Counted from the first letter of the stretch, positions 12,465 to 26,914 are shown. The stretch is 64,000 nucleotides of DNA from Octopus vulgaris (GCA_951406725.2 OX597823.1:46934001-46998000); one strand, 5' to 3'. The notes: a model not told the origin generated them from the sequence alone. A program made the numbers and translations.

Positions 12465-12880
12465 GATTTCAAGTTTTTGCCACAAGAGCAGCCTCGGGAA
12501 GGGGATTAAGTCGATTACATTGGCCTCAGTACATAATTGGTACATATTTTATCGACCCCGAAAGGAGGAAAGACAAAGTCGACCTCGGCGGAATTTGATC
12601 TGAGAACGTAGCGGTAGAGGAAATACCGTTGAGCTAACGATTCTGTCGGCTCGCCACCTTAAATAATAATCAGAATAATAATGGTTTCGAATTTTGCAAC
12701 AAGGGTAGCCATTTTGTATCTATTACTTCGATCCCCAGTGTTTCACTGATACTTGATTTATCGACTCAGAAAATATGACAGGCAAATTTGACCTCGGTGA
12801 AATTTAAACTCAGAGCGGCAGACGTAATGCCGCTAAGCATTTCGCCCGGCATGCTAACGATCTGCCAGCTCGTCGCCTTA
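12465..12880 (-). mobile_element. Two tandem SINE family B copies
   Basis: Family B consensus blocks flanked by (AAT)n. Confidence 0.8.
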
Positions 12881-12907
12881 AATATTATTATTAATAATAA
12901 TAATAAT

Positions 12908-13957
12908 ATAATACTTGCTTTATTGGCCACCAGGGCCGAGTACAAAACATAGAGGATGATACTCAGACGAAAGACAGTGAAGTTAGACGTGTAAACAGCA
13001 AACAAACACAACGATTAACAAAGAGATTATATCAACAATATACTTCCCCAATAGGTGGGGTTCCATCATAAGGTGAATAAAGAGACCTCAAGCATTTTGG
13101 ACCCCTTAACGCCAACGGCTCCTCTAGAATGCACTCTCTCTTCTCCCTTCTATCCGGCCTATAGGCGCACACTTTTACCCAACTTTCAACGAACTTACTT
13201 GATGGCAGTACTTCTCTCTCCGGCCTCACATTCCTTTTCAGGTGGAATCTGGTCAAAGAGGAAGGTACCCTTCTCCAACCCTTTCAATCGCGTCCACCAC
13301 AAAACTTCTTTTGCCATAGGCATCAGACAGAGAAAAATTGCCCTCCCTTCCCGGCCAAATGAAGGAGTGGGGACGATCTTCACAATGGATTCGGACGATA
13401 GCCGGATCCGTCCTACACGTGACAATAACTGTTCGACAAGGCTCCACAAGTCAGCAATGCGCGGATACTGTACGAGAGCATGTAGAACCCTTTCATCGCT
13501 TCGCGTGCATCTCGGACAAGCTCGACTGACCGCACACCCGTGCCTGTAGAGCTTATCTCGAACCGGCATCACCCCACCCACCCCCAATAGCACTGCCAGG
13601 CTAGGATTTCTGGAAGTTATCCATAGTTCCCGGGGCCTGAAAGTCCTCCGGAAGAGACTAACCAGTTGATACCCCTCGACGCCCAGGACATCTTCGAGTA
13701 CGTAGTTGATCTTGTTCTCCTCTAATCCCCATTCGGTCGCGTTTACCATTTTCCTTGTCTTTGTGATCACGCACCTATAGACAACTGTCCGTTTGGCTGT
13801 TGCTTCTAGCACACCACTTAGAGGCGTAAATTCTGTCCTTCTTCCATTCATATTCATACATTTTGCTGCCTTGTTTAGTTTTTCTATTTTGTTCTCCAAT
13901 GAGATGTTAACCAGTTCCTTAGCTGCTAGGATATTTTGAAAAGTCTCTTTCCCTCCG
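12908..13957 (-). mobile_element. Tx1/L1-like non-LTR retrotransposon 3' fragment (C-terminal zf-RVT-like Cys/His domain, 3' UTR, AATAAA, (TTA)n tail)
   Basis: ORF 13195-13995 contains MPVRDKLYRHG...CPRC...ERVLHALVQ...W, typical of L1/Tx1 ORF2 C-termini. Confidence 0.75.
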
Positions 13958-13958
13958 C

Positions 13959-14107
13959 GAGTGGCTGTGTGGTAAGTAGCTTGCTTACCAACCACACGGT
14001 TCCGGGTTCAGTCCCACTGCGTGGCACCTTGGGCAAGTGTCTTCTACTGTAGCCTCGGGCCGACCAAAGCCTTGTGAGTGGATTTGGTAGTTGGAAACTA
14101 CCCGTCG

Positions 14108-14146
<39 letters not shown>

Positions 14147-14363
14147 TTGTGTGTCTGTGTTTGTCCCCCTAGCATTGCTTGACAATCGATGCTGGTGTGT
14201 TTATGTCCCCGTCACTTAGTGGTTCGGCAAAAGAGACCGATAGAATAAGTACTGGGCTTACAAAGAATAAGTCCCGGGGTCGATTTGCTCGACTAAAGGC
14301 GGTGCTCCAGCATGGCCGCAGTCAAATGACTGAAACACGTAAAAGAGTAAAGAGTAAAGAGAG
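13959..14363 (+). mobile_element. SINE family A, young copy adjacent to or inserted in the LINE remnant
   Basis: Near-consensus A sequence. Confidence 0.9.
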
Positions 14364-14914
14364 TTACTACATTTCAATATTGCTTTCAATATTGTTTTTC
14401 GTGCTACAATTTCCATGTAGTGAGGAAGACTTTATTCCTTCCTTCCTTCCTTCTCGCCTTCTTTCTGCTTTTCCTCTTCTGTCTTCTTTTCTTGACTCTT
14501 CACTCCTCCTTCTTTCTTTCTTCCTGCTGTCTAATGCCAATTATGGTGGGGAGGACAGAAAGTCTTCCTGCACACTTCCGTACCACCTTCCTTCCTTCCT
14601 CAGTCCAGCTTTTCGTCCCTATCTTCAGTGTTTACTTTCTTAGTAGCAAATTTTCGAAAAAATTTGAAAATAAAAGGGTTTGTATCACCCACAAAATGGG
14701 ACTTTGGTTAACAAACGTCAGTCCCCACCCCACCCCACCACGAAGGAAGCTGGCTTGCAAAACGGTTTAAACATCAGAATACAGTATAGAAACTTTCAAA
14801 CAAGTAAATTAGTCATAAACTTACTTCCAAAAACATACCACCAGCTATAGCGATAGCAACAACAACAACAGCAACAATAATAATAATAATAATAATGATA
14901 ATAATAATATTAAT

Positions 14915-16660
14915 TCTTCCTACTATAGGCACAAGGCCAGAAATTTTGGGGGAGGGGTATTTATTTCATCGATCCTGAAAGATGAAAGGCAAAGTCGACC
15001 ACGGCGGAATTTCAAATCCGAATGCAGCGTCGGGCGAAATACCGCTAAGCATTTCGTTCAGCGCGCAACCGATTCTGCCAGCTCGCCGCCTTAAATAATG
15101 ATGTTGATAATAATAATAATAATAATAATAATAATGCCCTAGGTGAAGAAGGAATAACAGTCGTTCACATCGACTCCAGTGCTCAACTGGTACTTATTTT
15201 TATCGACCCCGAAAGGGCAAAAAGCAAAGTCGACCTCGTCGGAATTTGCACTTAGAACATAATAACAGACGAAATGCTGTCCCGCATTTTGCCCGGCGTG
15301 CTTAACTATTCTACCAGATCGCCGCCTTAATAATATTAATGATCTTTTCAATTATAAGTAAAAAGCTTGAAATTTTGTAGGGAAGGGGGCCAGTAGATTA
15401 CATCAACCCCAGTGCGTAGCTGGTACTTATTTTTTGGACCCCAAAAAGATGAAGGGCAAAGTCGACTTCGGCGGAATATGAACTCAAAACGTAAGGACGG
15501 ACAAAATGCTGCGAAGCAGTCTGCCAGCTCGCCGCTTCGGTACTGGTTGTAATGCTAAGAATAATAATGGCTTCAAATGTTGTCCCAAGGGCAGAAATTT
15601 TGGAGGAGGGGTGAGTCGATTACATTACATCGACTCCAGTGTTCAACTAGTACTTATTTTGTTGACCCAAAAACGATGAAAGGCAAAGTCGACCTCGATG
15701 AAATTTGAACTCAGAACGTAGTGAAGGGCGAAATCTCGCTAAGCATTTCGTCCAGTGCGCTAACGATTCTGCCAACTCGCCGCCTTACTACTGGTTGTAA
15801 TAATATTAATAATCCATTTCTACTCTAGGCACAAGGCCCGAAATTTTGGGGGAGGAGACCAGTCGATTAGATTGACCCTCAGTACGCAACTGGTACTTAA
15901 TTTATCCACCCCGAAAGAATGAAAGGCAAAGTCGACCTCAGCGGAATTTGAACTCAGAACATAAAGAAAGACGAAATACCTATTTCTATTTCTTTATTAC
16001 CCACAAGGGGCTAAACACAGAGGGGGACAAACAAGGACAGACATAGGTATTAAGTCGATTACATCGATCCCAGTGCGTAACTGGTACTTAATTTATCCAC
16101 CCCGAAAGGATGAAAAGCAAAGTCGACCTCGGCGGAATTTGAACTCACAACATAACGACAGACGAAATACCGTTAAGCATTTCGCCCGGTGCGCTAACGT
16201 TTCTGCCAGTTTGCTGCTTTTAATAATCCTTTCTACTATAGGCACAAGGCCTGAAATTTGGGGAAGGGGGATAATCGATTATATCGACCTCAGTGCGTGA
16301 ATATTACTTAATTTATCGACCCTGAAAGGATGAAAGGAAAAGTCGAATTTGAACTCAGAACGTAGCGGTAGACAAAATACCGGTAAGCATTCCTCCCGGT
16401 GTACTAACCCTTCTGCCAGTTCGCTGCCATTTTGCTGCCTTTAATAATGATTTCAAATTTCGGCACAAGGCCAGCAAGTTCGTGGAAGGGGTAAGCCGAT
16501 TACATTAATCCCAGTGTTCAACTAGTACTATATTTTATCGTCTCCGATAAGATGAAAGGCAAATTCGACTCCGATGGCATTTGAACTGGGAATATGAAGA
16601 CGGACGAAATGCCGCTAAGTATTTTGCCTGTCGCGGTAACGATTCGGCCAGCTTGCACTA
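14915..16660 (-). mobile_element. Cluster of about 8 head-to-tail SINE family B copies
   Basis: Same ~200-bp unit repeated in one orientation, separated by short (AAT)n spacers. Confidence 0.9.
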
Positions 16661-17234
16661 ACGATTCTGAGTAAAGCACAAGGCAAAAGACACAAGGCAG
16701 AAGGTGAGTTATTTCGAGGAGAGGGGTTTAGTCATTACCGTCGAATCAGTACTAGATTAGTTCTTTATTGTCTCGAACCTGGATGGATGGATGACCCTAA
16801 ACATTAGTTTAAACATTCTTTACTCATCATAGTAACTGAGTTCATGGACCCCTCCCATGTTGCTTTTTACTATTACTAATATACTACCAGTCTTGTTTAG
16901 ATCAAGCAATGACTTTAAACTCACAATTTTAATGGAATACATCATTGTCACTCTCTCATTTAGTTCACTACTCTCTCTCTCTGCCCCTGCTTCTCTCTCT
17001 CTCTCTCTTACTTTCTCTTTGCTTGGCTTTCTCTGCTTCTCAGTTTGTCCACCTCACTCTCTCTGTTTCTATCTCCGCCTCTTTCTCTCTTAATATGTCT
17101 CGCTCTTTCTCTATTTCGCTCCACGTATACACTCTTTATTTCGCAGACACCTACTCAGAAATACAACAATAAGTCATAAAATCAATATGACTGCTTCCAT
17201 TGCTATTTTCAAGCCTCTGTTTACTATCAAATAC

Positions 17235-17301
17235 CCATCGTTTTGGTGACATAGACGAATTTAGAATCCAGTCTAAATTTAACGACACCACGACGGGAGA
17301 T
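17235..17301 (-). other. Candidate exon (67 nt)
   Basis: Long polypyrimidine tract ...tttcag| and |gtattt; two open frames. Confidence 0.28.
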
Positions 17302-17511
17302 CTGAAACATTTGTAAGACAGTAAAAGAGAGAAAAATAAAACACTGATGCTGCAGATGTTGGTAACTAGTATGCCAAGTAGTCGTATCTTCAATATTGAT
17401 ATTGCAATAACTCATATGACCAAGTCTTGCTACTGTTCACAGTTTGTACGACTTCAGCTACACTCAGTGTTAAATATCAGAATTAGTCGCATCACCAACA
17501 CTGCTATCGAT

Positions 17512-17726
17512 ATCCTTTCTACTAAAGGCACAAGGCCTGAAATTTTGTGGGAAGGGCTAGTCGATTACATTGACCCCAGTACGTAACTGGCACTTGTTTT
17601 ATCGACCTCGAAAGGATGAAAGGCAAAGTCAACCTCGGTGGGATTTGAACTCAGAACATAATATCAGACGAAATGCCACAGTGCATTTTGCCCGGTGTGC
17701 TAACGATTCTGCCAGCTCGCTGCCTT
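17512..17726 (-). mobile_element. SINE family B, full-length
   Basis: Head AAGGCAGCGAGCTGGCAGAATCG to tail GTAGAAAGGAT. Confidence 0.85.
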
Positions 17727-18362
17727 TTCACAACTATCAATATCAACATTCAAAAGTTGTTGATGTTGAGCAAGGCTTTCTAGCGGTGACTATTCCTCTT
17801 GTTCTTTGGCATAGTAAACCTTGAACTCAATTATGCGATACTATCTTCTTTTTTTTTCTTAGGTTGTAAAATGAGGGAAACTTGACTGCTATTTCTGGTT
17901 AGTAAATCAATCCTGTAAAAGCAGCTTTTCAAAGAGCACTACTTAGTACCAGTGCTGCTAGAAATAAAAGTCAAAACAACACAATAGCCACGGGCAGAAC
18001 ATTTAAGTGACGTCTGTATTTCTGCCTTTAAACTGTAAAATTACAAATAAGCCACCCATATTATTGCAATTTTCACTTCTACTGTTTATGAAATCAGCGT
18101 GTGCTTTCAACAGAAATCTTATAAACTGACAAGGGGAGCTGAGTTCAACCCTAGGTGCGGTGAGAGCCACTGATAAGCATTAACATACGGAAGCATTAAA
18201 ATGCGAAATCATTGATGATCTGGCTATGTCTGCTGCTGTAGGGAGCTTGCTTCCCTTATCAGTCATTAAGATAGTGCTTTCTGTGGCTATTGGATTGTTT
18301 TGACTCTTATTTCTAGCAGAACTGGTATTGACTAGTGACCTTTGTCACTTTAGTGACGTCTT

Positions 18363-18394
<32 letters not shown>

Positions 18395-18395
18395 C

Positions 18396-18480
<85 letters not shown>

Positions 18481-18482
<2 letters not shown>

Positions 18483-18790
18483 GGAGGCGCAATGGCCCAG
18501 TGGTTAGGGCAGCGGACTCGCGGTCGTAAGATCGCGGTTTCGATTCCCAGCCCGGGCGTTGTGAGTGTTTATTGAGCGAAAACACCTGAAGCTCCACGAG
18601 GCTCCGGCAGGGGGTGGTAGCGATCCCTGCTGTACTCCTTCGCCACAACTTTCTCTCACTCTTTCTTCAGTTGGCCTGCTCGCTTAGCCAGCGGGGTGGC
18701 GTCATTTGAAGGCTACAACAATGCGAAGCGCATTGTGACCAGCGATGTGTAACAACATCTGATGGTCTGGTTGGTCATTTGATCACGTGA
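18481..18790 (+). mobile_element. tRNA-derived SINE, head C + tail type iv
   Basis: A box TGGCCCAGTGG, B box GGTTTCGATTCC; GC-rich; inserted in (TA)n. Confidence 0.85.
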
Positions 18791-19528
18791 TATATATATA
18801 TATATATAACTACAATACGCTTTCATTAAAAATATATGAAAACTATGTAAAACGTTTGCAGTTTCCTTCGTTTATCATACTTATATAGTTTTGCAATACA
18901 ACTCACCACGTGGGGATAATCAAAGTTCTCTTCCTCCCTTTACACACACACACACACAAATATACATTATGTGGGTGATATTTTCAACCGAGACGTTACA
19001 ATCGCATCTGATTTTTCTAGTAATCCAATTCTGTGTATGTATATATATATATTTATTAGATCGCTGCCATTTATTAATGGTTTTCCTCATTGTGTTGATG
19101 TGCCATTTTCAATCATTGATAAAATTATCGGCATTTTGCCGACATGGGTATGCTAGTAATAATAATAATAATAATAATAATAATGATCATATCAATAATA
19201 ACACCTGACACTATATTTCTGTTAGTAAGTGTGTGTGTTTTTATGTGTGTATGTGTGCGTGTGTTTGTGTTTATGTGTGCGCTTGTGTTAAAGGATATTT
19301 AAGTTATGGAAAGCACTATTGTCACTCAGCAAATCACCTTGTGTCTAGATAATGGAATTCTTCGTTTCTATTTGTACCAACGTAACTTGTTCCATTGTGT
19401 AGTCACAAGAAGCAACCTCCCTGTGTAAACAGTGCATGCAAACATACATATATGCGTACATACATATATGCATATATATATACATATCTATGTATATATA
19501 ATCATGAACGTATATGCAATATATACAC

Positions 19529-19600
<72 letters not shown>

Positions 19601-19939
19601 GCATGTGCATATATGATCATTGGCTTGCTTCGATCCTATAGATCTTTCTTCATTCGGTCTTTCACCTGTATGAAATACTTTTGCAGTTTACAGTCTTTAA
19701 TTATGTCGAATTATGTTCCGAGTTAAAATCTCTCACAGTTCGAATTTGCTTCCCCCTTCTTTCTCTCTTTCTGTTGCCGAGAAAATAAACTTTCATATAC
19801 TGAGCTCGATTTAATCGACTATTTATTACCACACGTGGCTTTCTGCTATTGTTAGAAGGTAATATGATATGCAGGTCAATTTCGTTTCAATAGTCGATGT
19901 GGTTTATTAACGTGGATGTTACCCTAATGTATTAGTTCT

Positions 19940-20900
19940 ATATTTTGGCGCAAAGGCCAGCAATTTCTGGAGAGGAGCTAAGTCGATTACATCGACTCCA
20001 GTGCTAAAAATGGTACAAAGTCGACCTCGGCAGAATTTCAACTCAGAACGTAAAGATGGATAAAATGCCGCTAAGCATTTTGTACAGCGTGGAGACCATT
20101 CTACGAGTTCATCGCCTTTAATCTGACAATCAATATTAACATTATTACTTGTGCAGGCAAAATTGTTAGCATGCAGAACAAGAATGCTTCATGGCATTAG
20201 TTTCAACCTTACGGTCTGAGTTCAAAGGCCTCCGGGGTCGAATTAGCCTTTCACCCTTTCGAGATGGATGAAATAAATACCATTTGAGTACTGGAGTCAA
20301 TTTAATCGACTTAGTCCCTCCCCTAAATTTTCTGACGTTATACCAAAATTTGAAATTAATATTAAACATTACTACTAGGGTGGTGAGCTTATCGGTATTT
20401 CTTTCTACTTAGCGTTCTGAGTTCAAATCTCGCCGCAGTCGACTTTGCTTTTTATCATTTTGGGATCGATAAAATAAATACCAGTTGAACAGTGGGTTCG
20501 ATGTAAACCCACAATTGCTGTCCTTGTGCCAAAATTTAAGACCAATATTACCATTACTACCATCACATTTCTGAGTATTACCAAAAAATTAGTTTCGTTA
20601 AGTTACGTTAAGGCTTCACCTCCCGCTATGAGGCTCGGTGTAAAGAAGCATGCCATCCTATATAATATTTTAACATTCCAATGAACTATTATTTAACATG
20701 CTGTAGGCGGCGAGCCTAGAAGGATCGTTGGTGCACAAGTAAAAAAAAACTTAGCAGCTTTTCGTCTGTTAATACACTCCAAGGCCAAATTTACCATTCG
20801 TCTCTTCAGGATCGATAAATTAAGTACCAGTGAAGCAGTGGGATCGATGTAATATACGAGCCCCCACCCACCCCTAAAATTTCAGGTCTTGTACTAAAAT
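19940..20900. mobile_element. Four diverged SINE family B copies (19940-20120 minus; 20165-20360, 20380-20545, 20705-20900 plus)
   Basis: Family B blocks in both orientations. Confidence 0.7.
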
Positions 20901-21199
20901 CAATGAGCTTTTAAATAGTTTTCTTTTTCCTGCAAAAAAACATATGGTAGACATAACAATTGAATAGCTAATCCATCACGTGGTTGCAGTGAGATTAAAT
21001 TTTATCTGAAAAAGATTAATAATTAATATTACCTATGTTTGCCTTTATTTGCAGACAAATGAAGAAATATTACTAGTAACCAATATATACAATATAGTCT
21101 TATTGGAGTAGATTAACACCCAGTATCACTCATTGAAAGCAAGCCAAGACATGGGTCCGGGTTCACTTCTGCTGCATAGAACTTTGGGCAAGTGTCTTT

Positions 21200-21283
<84 letters not shown>

Positions 21284-21287
<4 letters not shown>

Positions 21288-21620
21288 GAGGTGCAATGGC
21301 CCAGTGGTTAGGGTAACGGACTCGCGGTTTCGATTCCCAGACCGGGCGTGGTGAGTATTTATTGAGCGAAAACACCTAAACCTCCACGAGGCTCCAGCAG
21401 GGGCTGGTGGTGAATCCTGATATACTCTTTCACCACAACTTTCTCTCACTGTTTTTGTTGTACCTGTATTTCCAAGGGCCAGCCTTGTCACACTCTGTGT
21501 CACGCTAAATTTCCCCCAAGAACTACGTTAAGTCTACACGTGTCTGTGGGGTGCTCAACCACTTTTACGTTAATTTCACGAGCAACTGGAACCCTCGACG
21601 TAACCGACGGAGTGCCACGT
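21284..21620 (+). mobile_element. tRNA-derived SINE, head C + tail type ii
   Basis: 5' part matches 18481, 3' part matches 40990-41167. Confidence 0.85.
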
Positions 21621-21679
<59 letters not shown>

Positions 21680-21858
21680 TGAGAGGATTTGCATCCCCAA
21701 CCAAGAATTTTTGATGTAACACATGTCCTTGTGGAAGCTGTTGTGCGCGGCTGAAGAAGGCCACAGACATACATTATGCATTGTTATAAATCTGTCTAAT
21801 AAAGGCCCGAAACATATGTACCGCTGAATCCTTCGCATCATGTTTTTATTTTATTTTG

Positions 21859-21927
<69 letters not shown>

Positions 21928-21928
<1 letters not shown>

Positions 21929-22330
21929 CGTGGTTGTGTGGTAAGAAACTGGCTTCCCAACCAGGTTCAATCCCACTGCGTGACAATGTAGCCTCGGGGG
22001 GATTTGGTGAACGGAAACTGAAAGAAAACCCTCGTGTATGTGTGTGTGTGTGTATGTGTATGTGTGTGTGTGTGCGTGTGTATGTGTGTGTATGTGTGTG
22101 AGATGCGTGTATTTGTGACTGTGTTCCCCAGCACTCTTTGACAATCGGTGTTTGTGTACTTGAGACCCCCAAAACTTAGAAGTTCGGCAAAAGAGACCAA
22201 CAGAATAAGTATTAAGCTTAAAAAAATATAGTACTGCGGCTGATTCATTCGACTAAAAAATATTCTTGAAGGCGGTGCTCCAGCGTGGCTGCAGTCTAAT
22301 GACTGAAACAAGTAAAAAAAATAAAAGATA
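21928..22330 (+). mobile_element. SINE family A with internal deletion
   Basis: Head, internal (TG)n and tail present. Confidence 0.8.
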
Positions 22331-22767
22331 ACAAAAATAGATACAAGTCTGTGTCATTCTGATCTTCGTACACAGTAATGAAGGTGACGCTCGTGTCGTT
22401 ACTGAAGTGCTTGTAACATTTGTCATCAAGGACACGTGAATTGTTAGGTCACTCACTGGCTGTAATACTTACTCTCTGTTTCACCATTCCGCATCGCTTT
22501 ACTGTCACATTCCAATATTTACCCTGACCGAATTCCATTCCCACCATGTCGCACGAACAAGGTCTCGTTGTTTGTTTTGTTTATAAACTGTTGGTGATGG
22601 CAATATCGCTTTTGTAGAATCGCTAGAAAATCGAGCTAAATGCCTTTTGATATCTTATCACGGCTCTCTTACATTCTGCGCTTCAATCCAGCAGAAGGTG
22701 ATTTCACACTTTATTCTTCGGGGAATGATAAAATAAGAACTAGTTAAATACTGTGATTGGTTTAATT

Positions 22768-23115
22768 CAGTGGTTCTCAACCGGAGTCCATATGACCCCT
22801 GAAGATCCATATAAAATTTTTGGGGTCTATGCAACAACAGTAAATTGGAGATCCACAATAGTATTTTAAGGGCCCCTGAAAAAATGTTGCTTTATATGTA
22901 TGTACTGGTACGCATTCCAGGAAACAGCTGGGTTTCTTTCTCTAACATTCTATATGGCTTAACCTTCAAAACTTAATGCATTGAAAACAAAATAGGAATT
23001 TTGAAAAAGGTTTCTTCCATAAAACTAGTTTTTAAACATTGAACGGTTATGGGAGTCAACCAGGACAAAATTCTAAACAAAGGGAAACGCACATAAAAAT
23101 GGTTGCGAATCCCTG
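22768..23115. mobile_element. hAT-type MITE nested in an old SINE B
   Basis: TIRs CAGTGGTTCTCAACC / GGTTGCGAATCCCTG; imperfect 8-bp TSD GTTTAATT/ATATAATT. Confidence 0.8.
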
Positions 23116-23439
23116 ATATAATTGACTATATATGTACCACAAGTATTGGGGTTGTTATAAATTTATTTCGAATTTTTGGCACAAAGTCAACAATTGCATG
23201 GCGGGGTGATAAATCGATAACATCGACCCCTGTGTTTTAACTGATACTTATTTTATCGACCCTGGAAGGATGAAAGCAAAAATCAATCTTGACTGAATTT
23301 GAACTCGGAAAGAAAAGGAGCACGAAACACTGCTAGCTCAATTTTTTTTTATCTCCCTCTAATAATATAAAAGATATTTCGTATCCCTTAGGGAGATATT
23401 ATCGTTATATGCAACCAAATGAGATTATGAAAATTATGC

Positions 23440-23800
23440 AAGAGACTCATTCCCATTGCACTCCTAGGACTCCTGTCGGTTGACTCGGCTTGAAGAATCC
23501 GTCTTACGATTCCTCAGCTGCAACATCCTAATCACAGGTCGTCCTATCTGTACTGTGGCATCCCAATCCGAAAAATTAACGGCTCGACCTGGAGAGATTT
23601 CCTAATATACGAGCCATGCACTTTGTCGAGTAATGTTACTCCTGCGATTCTTCGGAAGGCTACATTCCAGCCGCTTGTATTTGCGATCATTAGCCAATTG
23701 TTCGTGGACAAAGGAGCAACTTATTCATTTTTGTCCATTTTCTTAACCGGGAAGGCTTGTATCTGTCACTGTAAGTTACTGAATAGCAGACGTTGATTTT
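23440..23800 (-). mobile_element. RTE-clade LINE ORF 3' fragment, degenerate
   Basis: Translates to SQIQAAGM.../RRIAGVTLLDKVHGSYIRKSLQVEPL.../RRILQA with stops and frameshifts. Confidence 0.7.
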
Positions 23801-24124
23801 CTAGTGCTCTCCTTGCTTAAAATGAGTTGTCTTTAAATTCTGCACCCGATGGCTATTTACATCCTGAGAAAAAGTTCCAGTTTAGTAACAATAGCGATCT
23901 GATCGAGTACAATCCTTCCCACAAATATGTAGAGTTACAGCAATACTTTTACTGGTTTAAGTAAATGAAATGCGGCCATGCTACAACACTAAATTCAGAG
24001 GGTACTTATTTTATAGATTTCTATGCAACAAATGGTCAAGCTGCATTTTTGATATGAAAAGATGTAACCCGACACCGTGACTCGCAAAGGTAAACAAAAG
24101 CACCCAAACACTCAAATACACGCA

Positions 24125-24125
24125 C

Positions 24126-24207
<82 letters not shown>

Positions 24208-24211
24208 ACAC

Positions 24212-24244
<33 letters not shown>

Positions 24245-24259
24245 CACATATATTTATAT

Positions 24260-24344
<85 letters not shown>

Positions 24345-24360
24345 ATTTTCTGGCGACTAG

Positions 24361-24408
<48 letters not shown>

Positions 24409-24465
24409 TATAAGGCCTGTGAAGTTGCATAGGGCCGAATAAAACAGTTTTAAGTAATAATAATG

Positions 24466-24518
<53 letters not shown>

Positions 24519-24762
24519 GTTTGGAGGTATATATTATCCGAGCAGATACCGTATTAGCTCTCGCTTAAGTTCCAATTAACTGCTAACCATAAAGATCAGT
24601 ATCTAATATCTGTGACTTGACTACATTTAGTTGTTAGTCACTCTGTGAATTCTTCCGATGGGTAACCCCGTGTTCTGCTGCGCCGGAAACATGAGTAATA
24701 TGCTGTATATAACTATACAATAAATATTGTGAATGTACACCTCTCCATACTCTTTATCATTA

Positions 24763-24831
<69 letters not shown>

Positions 24832-24946
24832 ATATGTATATATGTATGTATGTATATATGTATATATGTATGTATGTATATATGTATATATATATGTATG
24901 TATATATGTATATATATATGTATGTATATATGTATATATGTATGTA

Positions 24947-24979
<33 letters not shown>

Positions 24980-25024
24980 ATATGTATATATATATGAGTG
25001 TGTGCATGTGTGTATATATATATG

Positions 25025-25057
<33 letters not shown>

Positions 25058-25110
25058 ATGTGTGTGTGTATATATATGTGTGTGTATGTATATATATATG
25101 TGTGTGTGTT
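24125..25110. repeat. Compound (TA)n/(TATG)n/(TG)n microsatellite field
   Basis: Direct inspection. Confidence 0.95.
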
Positions 25111-25224
25111 TGTATAGGATGATGGGGTTGCATTTGACAGTTTATATAAAATGACAATGTACAATATCTCATCCAAAAATGAAAGTATTTTTTAAAAATC
25201 AGAAGACAGCATCTAGTTTATCGC

Positions 25225-25335
25225 AGGGAGATAGCACTTTACTCAAAGTGACCCCACTCAGCCTTCTCCATGGCCTCAAGACGGCTCCAGAACATGATGC
25301 AAACGTTCATAACTGTGCCCTTGGGAAAGAGTTAC
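25225..25335 (-). mobile_element. Tc1/mariner transposase C-terminal fragment
   Basis: NVCIMFWSRLEAMEKAEWGHFE* resembles the RLxAVIxAxGxHFE terminus. Confidence 0.5.
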
Positions 25336-25513
25336 CATGGGACAGGTAATTCTTTTCCCCTATACAGATGGCTTCCGGTTCTCCGTGTCAGCTTACATTT
25401 TCTCAACTGCAACTTTAATATCTAAGCACTGCAACACCGTTGACTGTTCACCAATACATTTGGCTGTTTCTGCTCGACCGGCTTGCAAAAGATTCTGCGA
25501 GCTCACCGCCTTA

Positions 25514-26170
<657 letters not shown>

Positions 26171-26484
26171 AGACAGACAGACAGCATATGCTTTGAGAAA
26201 CTATGTCGGATCAACTACAGATTGTCAAGCAAAACAGGATAGCGTGTTTATGTGAGGATTTGCATATACCCGAACGTGTTTTACTTTGCACTCTTACAGT
26301 GTTTTGCCTCTCAGAGCACTTACGTATATGTATACTTATTCAGCAAATTAATTTCTAATCCTAATCCATGCCTCAAGATGGATTAGTATTTTAAATCTGG
26401 TATAAAGGTCTACCTATAGTCATATACACTTATATACATAATTGCCAATATTGCAGTATGTACATACATTCACATATGCACACA

Positions 26485-26562
<78 letters not shown>

Positions 26563-26914
26563 TGTATGTATGTATGTATGTATGTATGTATGCATGTATG
26601 TATATTAGTGTATATATATAAATATATACATATACATAAATATAAGTATTATATATATATATATACATATACATAAATGTAAGTATTATGTATATATATA
26701 TGCATTATATATGCATTTATATATGCATCTATGCATGAAAAAATATATAAATATATCCTATCCTTTCTATCTATCTTTGTAAATGTATATGTACATGCAT
26801 ATATACATGAATGTGATATAATAATCATGTTTATATACATACATACATGCATACATACATACATACATACATACATACATAGACACACACATATACATAC
26901 ACACACACACACAC

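Noticed and set aside
14915-16660. CRISPR-like repeat-spacer appearance
   Set aside because: Units are ~200-bp diverged SINEs with Pol III boxes; eukaryotic context, no cas genes
18481-18560. tRNA genes at SINE heads (also ~9975-10048 and ~38363-38440)
   Set aside because: A and B boxes continue into SINE bodies; no clean cloverleaf or terminator
22473-22548. Possible first coding exon MVGMEFGQGKYW...|gtaagt on the minus strand
   Set aside because: No supporting acceptor, promoter or homology; chance level
24654-24697. Hammerhead-like CCGATGG...GGAAAC...GTA (and a similar stretch near 27475-27520)
   Set aside because: Core and stems too degenerate to distinguish from chance
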